Translations under genes and position numbers: made by a program
In this document: positions 1 to 11,324 of the stretch, piece by piece
How the letters are laid out: each line of letters starts with the position of its first letter
How positions within the stretch are numbered: the stretch's first letter is position 1
NCBI GenBank assembly: GCA_032718475.1
Contig: JAUCBJ010002745.1
Coordinates: 1 to 35,981, forward strand
Source: Nemertoderma westbladi
Taxonomy: Eukaryota; Animalia; Xenacoelomorpha
DNA length: 35,981 bases
Reading direction: 5' to 3'
The notes under the pieces: generated by a model
What the model was told of the DNA's origin: nothing
Seen by the model: the letters and a program-made list of their open reading frames with translations, nothing else
The model's database searches: none

Positions 1-176
1 ACTACAGACCAGTTTGGCATCAGTTGGGCGACATATACACTCCGTCCACCGTCAGTCCGTCCGTTTTCGCCTCTTTGTTAGGAGGCTAGGCTTCTATTAG
101 GCCTACCTGATTACACTACCAATACCACTACTACCAGTAGGCTAAATTTATATTGCTGTATTTAACTAAATATATA

Positions 177-587
177 ATGGTTGGAAAGTGTTGCGTAGTT
201 GGGTGTAGGTCGGGATATTCGTCAGAAGCTTCGCCAGGAACTGGAACTCAGGGAACTCCCTCAATGTTTAGTTTCCCGAAACAACCCGATGTGCGGTGCC
301 GGTGGATCCAGTTTATGTCGAATAGACAGGATAGAGCCAGTACAACGACATCGTGTGCCACAGTGACATCGCCATGGGCCCCATCTGATCACTCCAAGGT
401 GTGTATTTTACATTTTGAGGATCAATGGATCAACAGGAATGCCCAACTTTTAACGCTAAAATTCGGTGCGTTTCCTTCGATATACCCGGCCTGTATCCCT
501 GTAGGCCTATCCTCTATAAAACACGTAACTCCGTCACGCAAAAAACCCTTGAAACGAGAGATTTTCTCTACAGAGGGGTCACTATAG
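177..587 (+). pseudogene. THAP zinc-finger ORF, truncated by a minisatellite (likely 5' remnant of a P-element-like or other THAP transposase)
   Basis: ATG at 177: MVGKCCVVGC...FSFPKQPDVRCRWIQF...VCILHF...LKFGAFPSIY matches the THAP C2CH pattern with conserved P, W, F and an AVP-like box. The frame runs into the tandem repeat and stops. It could also be a first exon. Confidence 0.75.
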
Positions 588-980
588 TAGTGAGTCCGCG
601 CCCAGAGAGACTCGATTCTACAGAGATATTTCTCTACAGGGGGGTCACATGTTGAGTCCGAGCCCAGAGAGACTCTTTAAAACTGAGATAATTCTCTACA
701 GGGGGATCACACGTTGAGTCCGAGCCTAGAGAGACTCTTTAAACTGAGATATTTCTCTACGGGGGGGGGGGGGGGGGGTCACACGTTGAGTCCGAGCCCA
801 GAGAGACTCTTTAAACTGAGATATTTCTCTACAGGGAGGGGGGGGGGGGTTTACACGTTGAGTCCGAGCCCAGAGAGACTCTTTAAAACTGAGATATTTC
901 TCTACAGGGGGGTCACACGTTGAGTCCGAGCCCAGAGAGACTCTTTAAAAGTGAGATATTTCTCTACAGTGGAGTCACAC
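556..980. repeat. Minisatellite, ~7 units of ~60-75 bp with variable poly-G tract
   Basis: Repeated TGAGTCCGAGCCCAGAGAGACTCTTTAAAACTGAGATATTTCTCTACAG(G)nTCACACGT; the G run reaches ~18 nt at 761-778. Confidence 0.95.
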
Positions 981-2060
981 AATTAATTTTCTGGTTTACG
1001 TTTAATTTTCAGGATTGTTACTCTATCTATTTAATTAATAAAGAGCCCTTATCAGGGCCATTGATGTGTTTTCACACTGGGGAATATTGGGTTGGCAATC
1101 CTAATAAAATAATAAAGTAATAAGTTAACATAAAATATAAAGAACGTTATAATAATATAAAGTAGACAATAATAATATAAAGTAATAAGTTAACATAAAA
1201 TATATAAAGAACGTGATAATATTAATATAATTCACCTCCTTTTCTTTACATTTTCACTTTTTATATTTTGCTTAGGTTAACACGTTTTTAAGATTTTTTG
1301 TTTGCAATCTGAGCTGTGCTACTTGTTTTTTTTATTAATTAACAAGTTTATGAATATCACCAATTTATAAAAAACACATGGGGAGTATAATTTACAAAAT
1401 TATAATCGATTTAGAAGTAGAAACAAGTAGGCCCACTAAATTTAGTGGGCTGCTGCAGCATTCCAGGTCGTATTATAGTAGGTCATGGGTGGGTCCTTTA
1501 TTTTTTCCTCAGATAAAAAGTAAAAATTGACAATACATTGAAATACGAAATTTAATTGAAATACGAGTTTTTTTCTAAAATTTATTCCAAAATTATAACA
1601 TTACTCAACGCCGTTAGTATTAACAGCGAGTTGTTATTTAACACTTTACAACCTTACAGGACATTACACTACAGCATTGTATTGTATTGGCCTGTACAAT
1701 TAGCATTGTAGTGGGTTTTGTAATGTCCCATGTTTATGTACAGTAGTAACCAATGACGGCAAGCTGTAAAGTTACGGCGTCAATGGTTACCACGTAAACA
1801 ATAGGTGGAAATTTGCCTGACAGCCAGATAGGCCTACTGCAATACCTATCGGTAGGCGGGGTATAGCTATTAATAACCAGTAGGGCCTAGCTATATTATT
1901 ATAATATGGCTCCAAACGCCACCATAAATATAAGCTAACTTATTTATAACATAATTTAATTCACGTTTACATTTATTTATACAGCAACTAATTTAATTTG
2001 TGCAGTTTCTATCACTTAATATATATACAATCATTTCGTAATTTTACAATTTTGGAATAA

Positions 2061-2211
2061 AACTACATACATACTTGTTGCAAAATACTTTAAGGTGTTC
2101 TGATCCTCGTGGCTTTATTTTCACTCACTCACTAACGTTCGTTCGTGTAACAAAGCCACTCGGATCATCACACTGTAAAGGGCTACTTTACACACAAGTA
2201 TGTAAATAGTT
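2061..2211. repeat. ~150-bp imperfect palindrome, resembling the hairpin end of Crypton-like non-autonomous DNA elements
   Basis: Nested complementary pairs TACATACTTGT/ACAAGTATGTA, TGATCC/GGATCA and GTGGCTTT/AAAGCCAC around a CACTCACTCACTAACGTTCGTTCGTG core. The family assignment is a recollection, not a search result. Confidence 0.6.
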
Positions 2212-2249
2212 ATTACAAAAAAAATACTGAGCACTGCTGCCGGGTGTAG

Positions 2250-2660
2250 AATCCAATAGATAACATAGCTGCTGCACTTTGTCATTCTACCACATTCGTA
2301 ACTTGTCGTGGATTAGTAAATATTTGCCTAGAAAAAACTTGGAGACATGGATTCACGCTTTTATCTCATCTCGGGTGAACTTGAATAATTCCTTATAATT
2401 TGGATTACCACAGAAATATATAAAGAAGCTGTAATATGTTCTCCTAAATTTCTGTTCTTCTGTTCTCATAGATTGCTCTGTTACAGAAAATATGTCCAGG
2501 CTTGAAAAAACTCCATTGGCTACAAGTTCATAGACGAATTGACTACAATATACTGTAGCTGTTCTTACTATTAAATGCCTACATGAAGTGGCTCCGGATT
2601 ACTTGTCTGAATTACTTTCTCTTTATCATCCAAAACGTAATCTGCGCTCCACTAAAGAGT
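2250..2660 (+). mobile_element. Degenerate L2/CR1-group LINE ORF2 C-terminal fragment
   Basis: Translates with stops and shifts to HIRNLSWISKYL...IHAFISSRV...GLP...LKKLHWLQVHRRIDY...KCLHEVAPDYLSELL...PKRNLRS, typical of L2 ORF2 ends. Confidence 0.8.
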
Positions 2661-2890
2661 AAGTTTGTAATTTTTTGAACTTTAACTTATGACTTTACTA
2701 TTGCCGAATTTAAACTCTACTTAATTAAGTTGTATATTAGTATATTTAAGAACTTTTATTCATTTCGTAGTTTGTGCGCCTAGATATATTGTATAGGTGG
2801 TTTATAAATAAAATTATTATAATTATTATGTGCCAAGTAGGCTTCTAACTGGCTGTTGCTGGCTACTATCTCATAAGTAACAACAGTAAC

Positions 2891-2966
2891 TAAGTCGTTC
2901 GCATGACTTAGTATGTCGTTCGCATGACTTAGTATGTCGTTCGCACGACTTAGTAAGTCGTTCACG
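2891..2966. repeat. 21-bp tandem repeat, ~3.5 copies
   Basis: (GACTTAGTAWGTCGTTCGCAY)n. Confidence 0.9.
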
Positions 2967-3298
2967 TCCAGCAACTGATGTAGCCCATTACACAATTATT
3001 TTAGAAAATATAGATAAAACAGATGGGGGTTAAAAATTAGATATCGCGGTTACATGAAACATCATTTTTCTGTAACTATTTATACAAAAATTTTATTAAA
3101 AAAATACCACCACGACCACGCACCAAATCTATGGATTATTATAAGTTCACAAAATTTGGACTGCTAAATAAATATCTTGCAGAAGTTACGTATTTGATAG
3201 TAGTTAACTGTGACCATACTTTACTACGGAATACGTATAATATTAGTATATTCTTGGTCTTAAAACATATAAAGCTTGTTCTGCAAACTGTTTTCAGT

Positions 3299-4666
3299 TT
3301 AGCTTGAATAATAATCGTAGTCAACTGAGACAACATTAGTACCATTATCGAAATCCTTTGCGAAGTTCTCCATGAGACCTGTACTATTTGATTGGTCATC
3401 AAACCCTCGCATTATACTCAAGTTCGATGTCAAAACAAAAACTGATGTGAATATAAAACACATGATATCGAAGTATTTTAATATTCTCAAACACATACGG
3501 ATTTCTCTTTGCCTTATGCGAAATTTTCTAGTAAAACATTCGATATTTGTTTTTGGTTCTATTTCCACCTTCCCTTTCTCACTTTCACATTGCTCTTTCA
3601 ATTTGATATCTGTTTCACCTGCAACGAAATCATCTGTTTCATCTGTAGAGCAATTATCATCCAATTTGTGAAAAATGCTGTAGAGTTTTTGAATAATAAC
3701 GCAAATGATTACAGTCACTATGGTAATAAGGACATTCATATAGTAAAGTTGGCTGAGCAGGGGTTCCGGTTTACCTGTTGGTGGAACATAATCCTGGACC
3801 ATAACCAGATTCAGCAGTTGGGCAAAAAACAGTGCAGATATCAGACTGACTCGATCGCCCTCGTCGTGTGGAAGGATAAAAACAAATGGAATAACTGCGT
3901 CGATAACTAGGGAAGGAAATATTATGATTTTGATATAGAATGTTGCCATTCGGTGGATAGTAATAGCGAAACTCAGAGTTGTGTATGTATTGTTGCTGGG
4001 AATTTGAAGCATTTCGTTAACTGATTTGTTTGATCTGGCCTCTTCTTTATCCCAAATCCATTGATTAGAAGCGAAACGCACAGACGTCATAATGTTATTC
4101 ATATTTCCCGCCCATTGGATATTGACCTCTGAGTCATCGTAGATCCACGACGCGAAGTCAAAGACCAGAATCTGTATATCGAACGGGAAAAAAGTTGCGT
4201 TCAATAATTGGGAAACTTCCATTTTAAATCGTTGGAAATGTTCAATATTTCCATCAGAGTGTAGTACAGCGTAATCCACTGTATCACCCTCAGCCCGTTC
4301 CAACATATTCAGCATTGTCAGTTCCGGTTTCCATACTTGCGTTGGAGATATAGTCAGCTGTTTGATTCCACTGTAATCATTTGGATCCCATTCCAAGTTG
4401 ACATCGTTCCAAGAAACCAACGTCCAAGCAGAAAACGTTACTGAAGAATGAACTATGTCGACAACAGAAACACTAGCAAGTTTAAAGGAAACTAGAACGT
4501 CGATAACATCAGTAACTTGTCGTACAGGTCGGAATTCTGTGTTGTATTTATCGAATAAGGCGGATTTGAGCTTCGTCACATTTGCTTGTAAGAGTGAAGC
4601 AGAATTGTCCGATTGAATCGTCACAAATAACAAAGCCAACAACAGCGTTATAAGATTTAGTGACAT
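3299..4666 (-). CDS. Pentameric ligand-gated ion channel subunit (nAChR-like, Cys-less loop), copy A, 455 aa, no intron in the CDS
   Basis: Signal peptide MSLNLITLLLALLFVTIQS; LFxxYNxxxRPV, WNDxNLxWDPxDYSGI, VWKPE, FPFDIQ and FASWIYD motifs; four TM helices with GDRVSL at the M2 start and a PPT M2-M3 loop. ATG 4666 is chosen because homology to copy B starts there. Confidence 0.93.
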   Translation of the reverse strand: MSLNLITLLLALLFVTIQSDNSASLLQANVTKLKSALFDKYNTEFRPVRQVTDVIDVLVSFKLASVSVVDIVHSSVTFSAWTLVSWNDVNLEWDPNDYSGIKQLTISPTQVWKPELTMLNMLERAEGDTVDYAVLHSDGNIEHFQRFKMEVSQLLNATFFPFDIQILVFDFASWIYDDSEVNIQWAGNMNNIMTSVRFASNQWIWDKEEARSNKSVNEMLQIPSNNTYTTLSFAITIHRMATFYIKIIIFPSLVIDAVIPFVFILPHDEGDRVSLISALFFAQLLNLVMVQDYVPPTGKPEPLLSQLYYMNVLITIVTVIICVIIQKLYSIFHKLDDNCSTDETDDFVAGETDIKLKEQCESEKGKVEIEPKTNIECFTRKFRIRQREIRMCLRILKYFDIMCFIFTSVFVLTSNLSIMRGFDDQSNSTGLMENFAKDFDNGTNVVSVDYDYYSS

Positions 4667-7334
4667 ATTTATTTTTAAACATATAGGCCTAATAAATATA
4701 TCACAGAAAGAAGTTAAGTTTACAATAATATTAAAGTTAGGGTCCAAATTTGAATAAATTTAATTCAATGCATTGTTTAGTTTATATAAAATAAAATTGA
4801 CATAATTAATTATGAAGTAAAAAGTGCACTCACGAATAAAATATTGTAATTAATTATAAGGTTAAAATCACAGTAATTATGTATTTAGAAATAATGCAAT
4901 TACACATTTGTATCCTAACCCCAAACGTGTTGATGATGTAGCAGTCGTTTATGAATTTAGCCTGTTCTTCAGTTGTATGACTTTTTTTTTTTTTTCTTTT
5001 CTTTTAGTTTTAGGAATTACAGGTGCTTCTTCAAATTTCCTTTGTACAGTAGTAGCGGTAATAGAGCAGAGAAGATAGGGATGGACGCCATGTTCTAAAG
5101 CTGCATCCTTGAAAGTGCTGCTGGGTCCCATGTACTGTACTTGTGGTTTGGAACGATAGTTTGAGTGAAGGTTTACTCGTAGTCTCAATTGCAAACTGAA
5201 GTTTGGATATTTGATAAGCCTGTGAACAGTTCCAAGACACGCAATGTAAGATAGCATTGATATTGGTGATATATTGAAGAGAGCACAAATATGCAGTCAT
5301 TGGGTATATACTTTCTGACAAGGAGTAGGTAGACCCACCATTAATGGACAGGACATTGCACCAATACATAATGGAAATTAACAATGATTATAACTAGGAT
5401 AGCAGTTTATATTATGCTGAAACTTATAAATATTGTACCTCATTTTAGTCTATATATATGCTGTCACACTCTATCTCATAACCTCTATCCCAATCACCAT
5501 ATATATATATATCTTGTTGCTGAATTTCTCAGTGACATGTTGGATATGCTTCCTGAAGGTAATCTATACCTATAAAAATCAAATTCTCTCTCTCTCTCTC
5601 TCTCTCTCTTTTTATTTAAAAAAAAAGTTTAATTCACGTTCGGTACCGGTACTAAGTACCGCTACGTCAGTAGGCCTATACCGGTACCAGTACGCCAGTA
5701 GGCCTATGCCGGTAGCGGGAAATACCGGGTAACATGTCTCGGGTATTGCCTGCTAGTATATATATACAAGAAGCGCTGGGGCTGCTGATCATACCTTTGT
5801 ACTAGTGATAGAAACCACTGACTGGCTGCCTGTTATCATTGAGTCTGGTATATAATTATATACCTCTTCCGAAATAGGATATGATAGGATATGATCGATA
5901 TGCATGTGACATACGTGTGTTCAGTTTCACAGCTTACTTCTGAAAAACCGTGTGCCAATCAACAGTTTCGGTTGGCATGGTTGCTGTACGTATCCCAACG
6001 GTGAGATGGTAAGAAACGCCTAGCATGAATAGAATGTTGAAATCATAAACAATTACATCAGCAGTTCTGGCGGAGTAGTAGCATACAATTAATACCACCT
6101 CGGGAATTTATTATAGCCATCCTGCCAGAACATGAAAAGTGGCAGTCGATGATTCTATTAGAGAAGTTTATAATTTATTATTGGTGTTATGGGTGAATGA
6201 GTGGTTTCATATTATTATAACTTTCGATCAGTTCAATCCCACCTGGACTTCATTGCCGACTTTGCAAAAACTGTGCCCAACAAAAAGTTATATTAGTGAA
6301 GTTGTATACTATACAGTAAGCATATCCAACTTTTTTTGTCCTTGTACGGAAAAACATTGATAGAGATCATGGTTCTGAGTGATCCAGCCTGATTTAATCA
6401 GTAAGAATCTGATTAAATTATATGTAATTTTAACTGCAAATAAATAATCCATAAATGCATATAAGCAAATAGGCCAAAATAATATGTAGGGCATATCATA
6501 TAATAAAAGCATAGCGATCTAAAAGGAAACAAAAATAGGTAATATAATAAATACTAGGGAAGAATACATTATGAAAAAAATAATAAAAAATTATTATTAT
6601 TAAAACAAAACAAAACAATTGAATATACATAATTAATGTAAAATCTACTCAACTGAAAGCCGCCTCATCCACCTATATATCAACCAACCAAAATCACAAC
6701 AAAATCTCGCATCATATCCATTCCAGATTGTGATTGCTTACTTTGAATCTTCAGGCGCGCTAATTAAAGCACATTGTAGATAATAATAATGAGGAAAAAT
6801 ATATTACTTACAGTATTTCATATAATGAAACTTGAACTGGAGTATTGATTTTTATAAGTTGTGGGCTGCCATTCTAACATTGCAGTGTATTTATTACCAT
6901 AAACACTGAAATGTTAACTATATTAAAAAGAATGAAGATAAATGTTAGAGAAGTGTTACGATTGTTAATACTACTTACTGTAAACTATAATTAATTAAGT
7001 ACCACCAATTTATGTTTACTCTAACATGCATTTGGCAGACACAATTCAGTTTATTAGTCACTTATAATATATAATAAAGTAATATAATATAAAGTCACTT
7101 ATAGTTCTCCATCTATTCCATATAATAATGTATAATAATATATCAGTGTAATTAGATTGAATTAGTAGTTAAGAATCATAAATACAACATAAGGTTGGCG
7201 TTGTAATATAGGGTTTAGCGCCAAGAATAGGTCTGTTATGTGTATTTAGTTGCCAAGTTTATTTTGAACCAGAAAAAAATACATCTAATCTGTATGCCTA
7301 CCTACCTACAGTAGGCGTATTACTACGGTGCAGT

Positions 7335-7720
7335 GTTACTTACTAATCGGTTCAATGGAAGATGGCTAGCTCATGATTTCTTCTGGGGGAGTCCTATTGA
7401 AGTATTATGGCAAGTCTTCCAGGGTGACACCCTTGCAACATTCTTATTCAGAATTATTGTGGTTGACTATGTTCTATGCATGTCCTTAGAACATCATAAT
7501 GAAGATGAGGTGATGGTAATACAACCTATTGGCCCCAGAAGTCGAGGAAATCCTGCCAAGTACTACTGATCTAGACTTTTCTGATGACTTGGTACTAGCT
7601 TGAATTACTAAAGGATGTCCAAGGGCTCTTCTGCTCATACTGTAGGAGCAGGCTGCTGCTTATAGTGTTGGTGTTTTTGTAAACTCCAAGAGACCGAAGT
7701 TTAAAAGTAAACGTTGACAG
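7335..7720 (+). mobile_element. Degenerate RTE-like LINE reverse transcriptase fragment, ending at the MULE insertion
   Basis: VFQGDTLATFLFxIIVVDYVL, then after a shift TDLDFSDDLVL (FADD box). Segment 7620-7700 resembles 26649-26725. Confidence 0.75.
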
Positions 7721-8101
7721 ATTTTTAAGACATACGTATTAGTAGTACTGTAGTAGTAGTAGCTTGAGAATGGTATACAGACGTTTCGGCCTAGGACGTT
7801 TCGGCCCAGGACGTTTCGGCCCGGACGATTCGGCCCGGACGTTTCGGCCCGGACGATTCGGCCTGGACGTTTCAGTGTGGAAGTTTCGGCTCATGGTTGA
7901 CAATGAATGAAAAGACCAGGTACTTTAATCACAATAATTATTCATTAATTATAATTATAATTTTCACAATAAGCTACTGTATAACACAATAACATACGTT
8001 TATTACATAATTAATAGAAATTCCAACACAATCATTATTATTCACAATAATTATAAAAATAACAGTATACAGTATAACCAATAAGATGTAATTATTTTTA
8101 T

Positions 8102-8235
8102 TCAGGAATAAAATTTTTATCCGCCAGATTAAACCCAATGGATTCCATGAAGTTTGGTATGGAACGAGCGCCGGTTGCCCTTTGCTGAGTGATCGTTCGC
8201 AAACGCTTATGTAAAGCTTCGATCTTAACAAACTT
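8102..8235 (-). pseudogene. C-terminal piece of the MULE transposase, cut off by the LTR insertion
   Basis: Removing 8236-21005 restores one frame: ...VGTAPPIR-KFVKIEALHKRLRTITQQRATGARSIPNFMESIGFNLADKNFYS*. Confidence 0.8.
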
Positions 8236-9424
8236 TGTAAAAGCTTTTGCGGATATAACCAGTCATGTTCTCCGCAATTAACTGTTTAGTTGTTTTAGCG
8301 GACATAACAAGCCATTTTCTCCGAAATGTACCCTGTAGGTGTTTTAGCGGACATAACAAGCCATTTTAGGCCGCAATACGCCAAATACTCTAAATAGAGT
8401 GTAGTTTCAGATGACGAAATCTGTCAGCTGATTTGACAGCCAACGTGGAGCTTTTCTTTGTTCTTTGTTCTGCTCGGCCAATCAGAGCGATTTTCACTTT
8501 GTGTTGGACAGTGCCTACAGAAACCCACGCAATTCAGTCAGTGTGTATCTTTTCTAAGCCCAGAACACCGGCTTAGGATTCTTCTGTACTTCGGTAGAAG
8601 TTTCAGACTTTGGCCAACACTAGACGGCTTTGATTATAAGAACGTAAATCTATTATCTGATGAAACGTCAAACTGCAGTCTGCACTGACTGAACAACTTT
8701 GATACTGCACCTACCAACTGCAGTACCGGTATTACCGATACTGGCTGAATATCACCGCATTATTGTACTTCTGTTTACTGTCTGTTATTAATGGTTATAT
8801 GTTGATGGATATGTTGTTATATTTGGAGAATATCGATAAATAATCATAAAACCCCAATCTTCTTGATTACTCGGTTACCGGTAGCAACTGCGACTTACAT
8901 TACATTGGTTTTAGTGCGCAGTAAATGCTATTTCATAATCCCTACATGTGTCAGTGGCTATCCTCCTTATATATGATCAAATTCAGTGACGGTCGGCAGA
9001 TCAGTGTGCAGCAGTGTGAAATCGTATGCAGCAGTGTGACAGATAATAAAGCATCTCCTAAAGAATGCGCTATTTACGAAAATCATTAGCCATCTCGTTG
9101 TGTTTAGTATAAGTCATAACTCTGTTTTATACTTAAAGCGCCACGTCCTAAAGGAACTGTTAATATTTCCCTGAAAGTGAATAATATTGTCAGAGATTAT
9201 ATAGTAACAATCAATCTAATAATACAGTAGGTCTGCAACGCAATAAGGTCAAAGCATCCGAATCCAGTCTCCCTTAACTGTGGGTGAATGATCGCGCATA
9301 GACTGGCTTCGGCTAATGTTACTTTATGTGCATTAAATCATTGTTATAGGCTAAAGTCGATTTATAAACAAGAGGACACCTAAAATTGGCAGGTTAAACT
9401 GCTAAAGGTCTGAAAGCGCGAACA
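8236..9424 (+). repeat. 5' LTR (1189 bp)
   Basis: TGTAAAAGCTTTTGCGG...GAAAGCGCGAACA; about 15 differences from the 3' LTR by eye; internal ~50-bp tandem at 8243-8375, CCAAT at 8478, AATAAA at 9045. Confidence 0.95.
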
Positions 9425-10934
9425 ATAATAGATTTCTAGATTCTTTATTGCACCGTAGGCAATAAAGTCGAAGGTACCGGTCGAACAGTGAGCTGTAGGC
9501 CTAACTGCCCAACTGCCCGAACCGGTACTTACAGGTACAGCAGTATTATTCGATTTTTATAATTATATACCGGTAGGTCTTGATATTTAATCAGGGACGC
9601 CTGATTTTTTTGGGATTTTACTTATTTCTGTCAGTTTTATTTATTCGTATGTGTAATATTGAGCAGAAGGCGTGTAAGCCTGCTCAGATTGTATAAATAA
9701 TTTGTAGGCTGGATTGTTGTCTGGCTGTTGTTAAGTCTGAAGAGATTGCAGTGTGTGTAGAGTGTATGTCCGATAAAGTACTAGTTAGGAAGGTGGAGGC
9801 ATCCAGTGCTGTAAGGTAAATCCCCCCCGAAAGAATAAGTCGTACTACTCGGTTAGAACGCATACTAACTAACCATTTCGGAGTCTGCATATACTGTAGT
9901 TTATTTAGGCTTGATAGTAGTCTGCCAGCGTTTGGTTTGTATTTTGTTTGTGTAGTCTGCACGGGTAGCGTAATATTTATTATTCAGAGTCTATGCGAGT
10001 ATTCGCAACATACATAACTCCCTAAGTTTATTCCTACAGTAATTGTGCTTGTTATACATACCGTTATAGTTAAATTAACCCCGGTACTACATCAGGGCTG
10101 CTTGGCGTAGGTAAAGACTGGTGATTTTATGCTCTAGTCACTCCAGCAGATACCGTGGTTCTTTTAGCTGTACAAGTATATTTAACTGCTGGTTATTTGT
10201 TGTATAAGTACTTGTACCTAATTTAGGGTTTAGTGTACAGTACTTTCCAAAGGTAATTAGTGTGTAGGCAGTATATTTGTGTTGTAAAGTGGTTAATAGG
10301 CACGTTAGCTCTGGTTGGCTGCGGTAATTAACTTCTAGGTAAGAACACTCCGGGTACATAACGTAGTACTTATAGAGCTGTACAGCTAAAGACTATAAGT
10401 CGTCAGACGGTGGTATTTTCTTATCTGGACAACGCAATTTATTTACTACTGCTTAATTATTTTCAAATACCGTAGTATCCTGTCCGTTGTAATAACCAGA
10501 AATTCTATCCCCTTGTTAGGCTGGTTTGTAGATTTCCTGTAAAATTACCGTAAAATTTGTACGTGTAAATTTTTGTGTTTATTTAGAGATTGTAATCTCA
10601 CCCCGTAATTGTACGTAATTTGTAGTAATAAGTAACTTAGGCAAGTAGAACTATTTGTTTTAGTGTCCAACAAGTAGCACTTCACTGAGAGCGTACAGCT
10701 TCTGTGTAGTGACTCCTTACCAGAAATAATAACATTTATTTCAAATATTGTCAAAAAACCCATTATAAGGGTATATATATATTATAAATCAACTCAAACC
10801 GATTTATAAAATAGTAGGCCTGTTATCCATCAATTAGGTCTTAATATCAGTTGGACTACTGCTTAATAACAGTAATAAAGTAAAGGAAAGTAATCCTAAA
10901 ATTCAGAAATTCAGTTGTTATAAAATAATTGACA

Positions 10935-11190
10935 TACCGGTATTTACTATAGGCTTATTATATTTATTTATATAAATTTATGCTGAAATTATATACCGGT
11001 ATTCTGTAATTAATTCTAGCCTATAATTATACTTATATATACTATAAGTGTAAGCTGTATACCGGTATTCACGGTAGGCTTATTATATATTTATATATAT
11101 TTGTGCTGAAATTATATACCGGTATTCTGTGACAAACCCTAGTCTGTAATAATACTTATATATATACTATAAGTGTATACCGGTATTCTA
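10935..11190. repeat. Diverged ~120-bp tandem duplication in the retroelement 5' leader
   Basis: Two copies of TGCTGAAATTATATACCGGTATTCTGT...TACTTATATATACTATAAGTGTA. Confidence 0.8.
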
Positions 11191-11324
11191 ATATATTGTA
11201 TATATATCACGTTACATAGAGTAACGATATCAGTAATTAATTACTAGGCTAACAGTTGATACTGAATTACTAGACTTGCTTTAACTGTCGTTATAGTAGT
11301 AGGCATTCAACTGTACAATCAAAC

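Noticed and set aside
3372-3910. Antisense ORFs conserved in both channel copies (also 29566-30104)
   Set aside because: Explained by near-identity of the sense-strand DNA; no independent coding signal.
4949-6512. Several short ORFs upstream of channel copy A
   Set aside because: No recognisable domains; low-complexity AT-rich sequence.
8458-8688. Identical short ORF in both LTRs
   Set aside because: Non-ATG start and a trivial result of LTR duplication.
8646-9435. Long-range hammerhead ribozyme: CTGATGA (8657) directly follows the 11-bp stem and GAAAGCGC (9412) precedes its partner
   Set aside because: There is no UH cleavage triplet before the stem (GAACA instead) and no stem II could be built. 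The juxtaposition is curious but does not fit the consensus.
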